NCBI GenBank assembly: GCA_020353535.1
Contig: CP070696.1
Span: 1,821,989-1,885,988, forward strand
Direction: 5' to 3'
Source: Spirochaetaceae bacterium
GTDB lineage: Bacteria > Spirochaetota > Spirochaetia > SZUA-6 > DRHE01
Length of the DNA stretch: 64,000 bases
Shown: positions 63,320 to 64,000 of the stretch, piece after piece
How positions within the stretch are numbered: the first letter of the stretch is position 1
How the letters are laid out: every line of letters starts with the position of its first letter
Position numbers and translations under genes: made by a program
The notes under the pieces: model-generated
The model's input: the letters and a program-made list of their open reading frames with translations, nothing else
Told to the model about the DNA's origin: nothing
Databases searched by the model: none

Positions 63320-64000
63320 TCACGAATAACAAGGAGCCGCTTGTGGCCGCTTTTGATTCCTACTCGACTGTCGGCAAGTTATACAGGGAAGCAGCGCGAG
63401 CAGGAATGCTTTGAGCGTAGCCCGCCTGCCGATAGCGTAGGCACCTAATCGATCGAGGGTGGCATCGAAGAAGTCCAGGACCACGTGACAGTGGTTTAGA
63501 TTACCGGATCGTACCAACTCAGCACAGAGTTCCTTCAGATCGTCGTTGAGGATCACTACGTGATCACTATCCCAGCGCATCGGCCGGCTCACGTAGAAGA
63601 CGATCTCCTCTGCGAACTGAAAGAGGGCTGAAACTTTGTCGGCGATCGAGTCTGTGTGGTGAAAATGCCTGTGTCCAAACAGATCGATTTACCCCGACTC
63701 AAAGCATATCCCGTGTAGAACTCATGGGAGCCTACTATAAAAGCCTAGCTGCCGATGCCGAACAGCTTGGATTCCAGGGAATCTTTGACATGCGCAGGAT
63801 CGTAGTCCTGACTGTAGATTTCATCCATGCTGCCGAGAAGAAGGCGACGGTAGCCCATGCGGTCCACTGTCAAATCCTTAGCTCCGTCGGGGATCCAGAG
63901 GTTGTGGATACAGGGACTGCCCTGCTGTTGCCCCAGGAAGGCACTGAATCAGTGGATTATCGGCTACTGCGATAATGCGAATCACAACATCGTCGTCCCA
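63320..64000 (-). pseudogene. rhaA: L-rhamnose isomerase pseudogene (stop codons, frameshift, 3' truncation; 5' part runs off the window)
   Basis: Minus-strand translation gives FSAFLGQQQGSPCIHNLWIPDGAKDLTVDR...[35 protein letters not shown]. After a 1-nt frame slip it continues HFHHTDSIADKVSALFQFAEEIVFYVSRPMRWDSDHVVILNDD...VVLDFFDATLDRLGAYAIGRRATLKAFLLALL. This is collinear with E. coli RhaA (..NIWIPDGMKD..SKLFGIGAESYTVGSNEFY..LDAGHFHPTE..VSRPVRWDSDHVV..LDFFDAS..). The in-frame TAG is at 63745-63747 and the frameshift at about 63666-63669. Confidence 0.75.

Noticed and set aside
63724-63975. 83-aa plus-strand ORF near the window end.
   Set aside because: It is antisense to sequence that translates, on the minus strand, into clearly RhaA-like peptide segments, so it is a by-product of the pseudogene region.
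1-64000. Search by eye for CRISPR arrays, IS elements, transposase/integrase genes, prophage genes, rRNA, and an integration module next to the tRNA.
   Set aside because: No regularly spaced repeats, no transposase/integrase/recombinase-like translations and no direct repeat of the tRNA 3' end were seen. The tRNA is followed by its own terminator and an ordinary two-component system.

Overview
Bacterial chromosomal window, gene-dense and mostly on the + strand. All family calls come from reading the supplied translations and the DNA by eye; no database or HMM search was run. The first half is G+C-rich and the second half has A/T-richer blocks. Gene content (many sugar ABC systems, BMP-family binding protein, YesM/YesN-type regulators, Hdr/Mvh-type Fe-S proteins) suggests an anaerobic, saccharolytic, possibly Spirochaetota-like organism; this taxon guess is low confidence.

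Contents in order:
- 1-10.7 kb: a proline cluster. It holds pruA, four tightly packed redox genes (a GltD/NfnB-like + ferredoxin + MvhD-like fusion, a CCG-domain Hdr-like protein, and an HcnAB/OoxA-like fusion plus a DAO-family dehydrogenase resembling archaeal proline dehydrogenase or opine oxidase), then proC-proA-proB.
- 10.8-15.3 kb: a PAS hybrid histidine kinase, an Fe-alcohol dehydrogenase, and a deletion scar where a transketolase 3' remnant abuts a sugar-binding-protein 3' remnant.
- 15.4-19.3 kb: two sugar ABC permeases, a DegT-type aminotransferase and a TIM-barrel isomerase.
- 19.5-32 kb: DUF547 protein, msrB, an MNT-HEPN toxin-antitoxin pair, Nudix hydrolase, Rieske-FAD reductase, tdh, a membrane-fused spermidine-synthase-like protein, an RCK K+ channel, an HDAC-family amidohydrolase and two GT4 glycosyltransferases.
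- 32-45 kb: an accessory-looking block. It has two orphan binding proteins, a membrane AraC-type regulator, and a + strand operon of MBL hydrolase, atypical class-V PLP enzyme, ICMT-like methyltransferase, radical SAM enzyme, an 18-codon micro-ORF, a 2TM protein, a membrane protein, and a decayed plus an intact acyltransferase-3 gene.
- 45-50.4 kb: a REC-PAS-HK-REC hybrid kinase, an Hpt protein and a coupled 584-aa unknown protein, converging on a GcvR-like ACT protein plus a pseudo-receiver.
- 50.4-54.7 kb: a DUF3524 glycosyltransferase, an amino-acid ABC operon and an initiator tRNA.
- 54.7-64 kb: a YesM/YesN-like two-component system, a rhamnose ABC transporter with mutarotase, and a multiply disrupted rhaA pseudogene.

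No CRISPR array, transposase, integrase or rRNA was seen.

The three most interesting candidates:
1. The Hdr/Mvh-like module fused into an amino-acid dehydrogenase cluster, a possible electron-bifurcating proline oxidation system.
2. The AraC-linked operon, whose promoter shares a precisely spaced 13-bp direct-repeat architecture with the binding-protein gene upstream of the regulator.
3. The phosphorelay that ends in an uncharacterised 584-aa protein.
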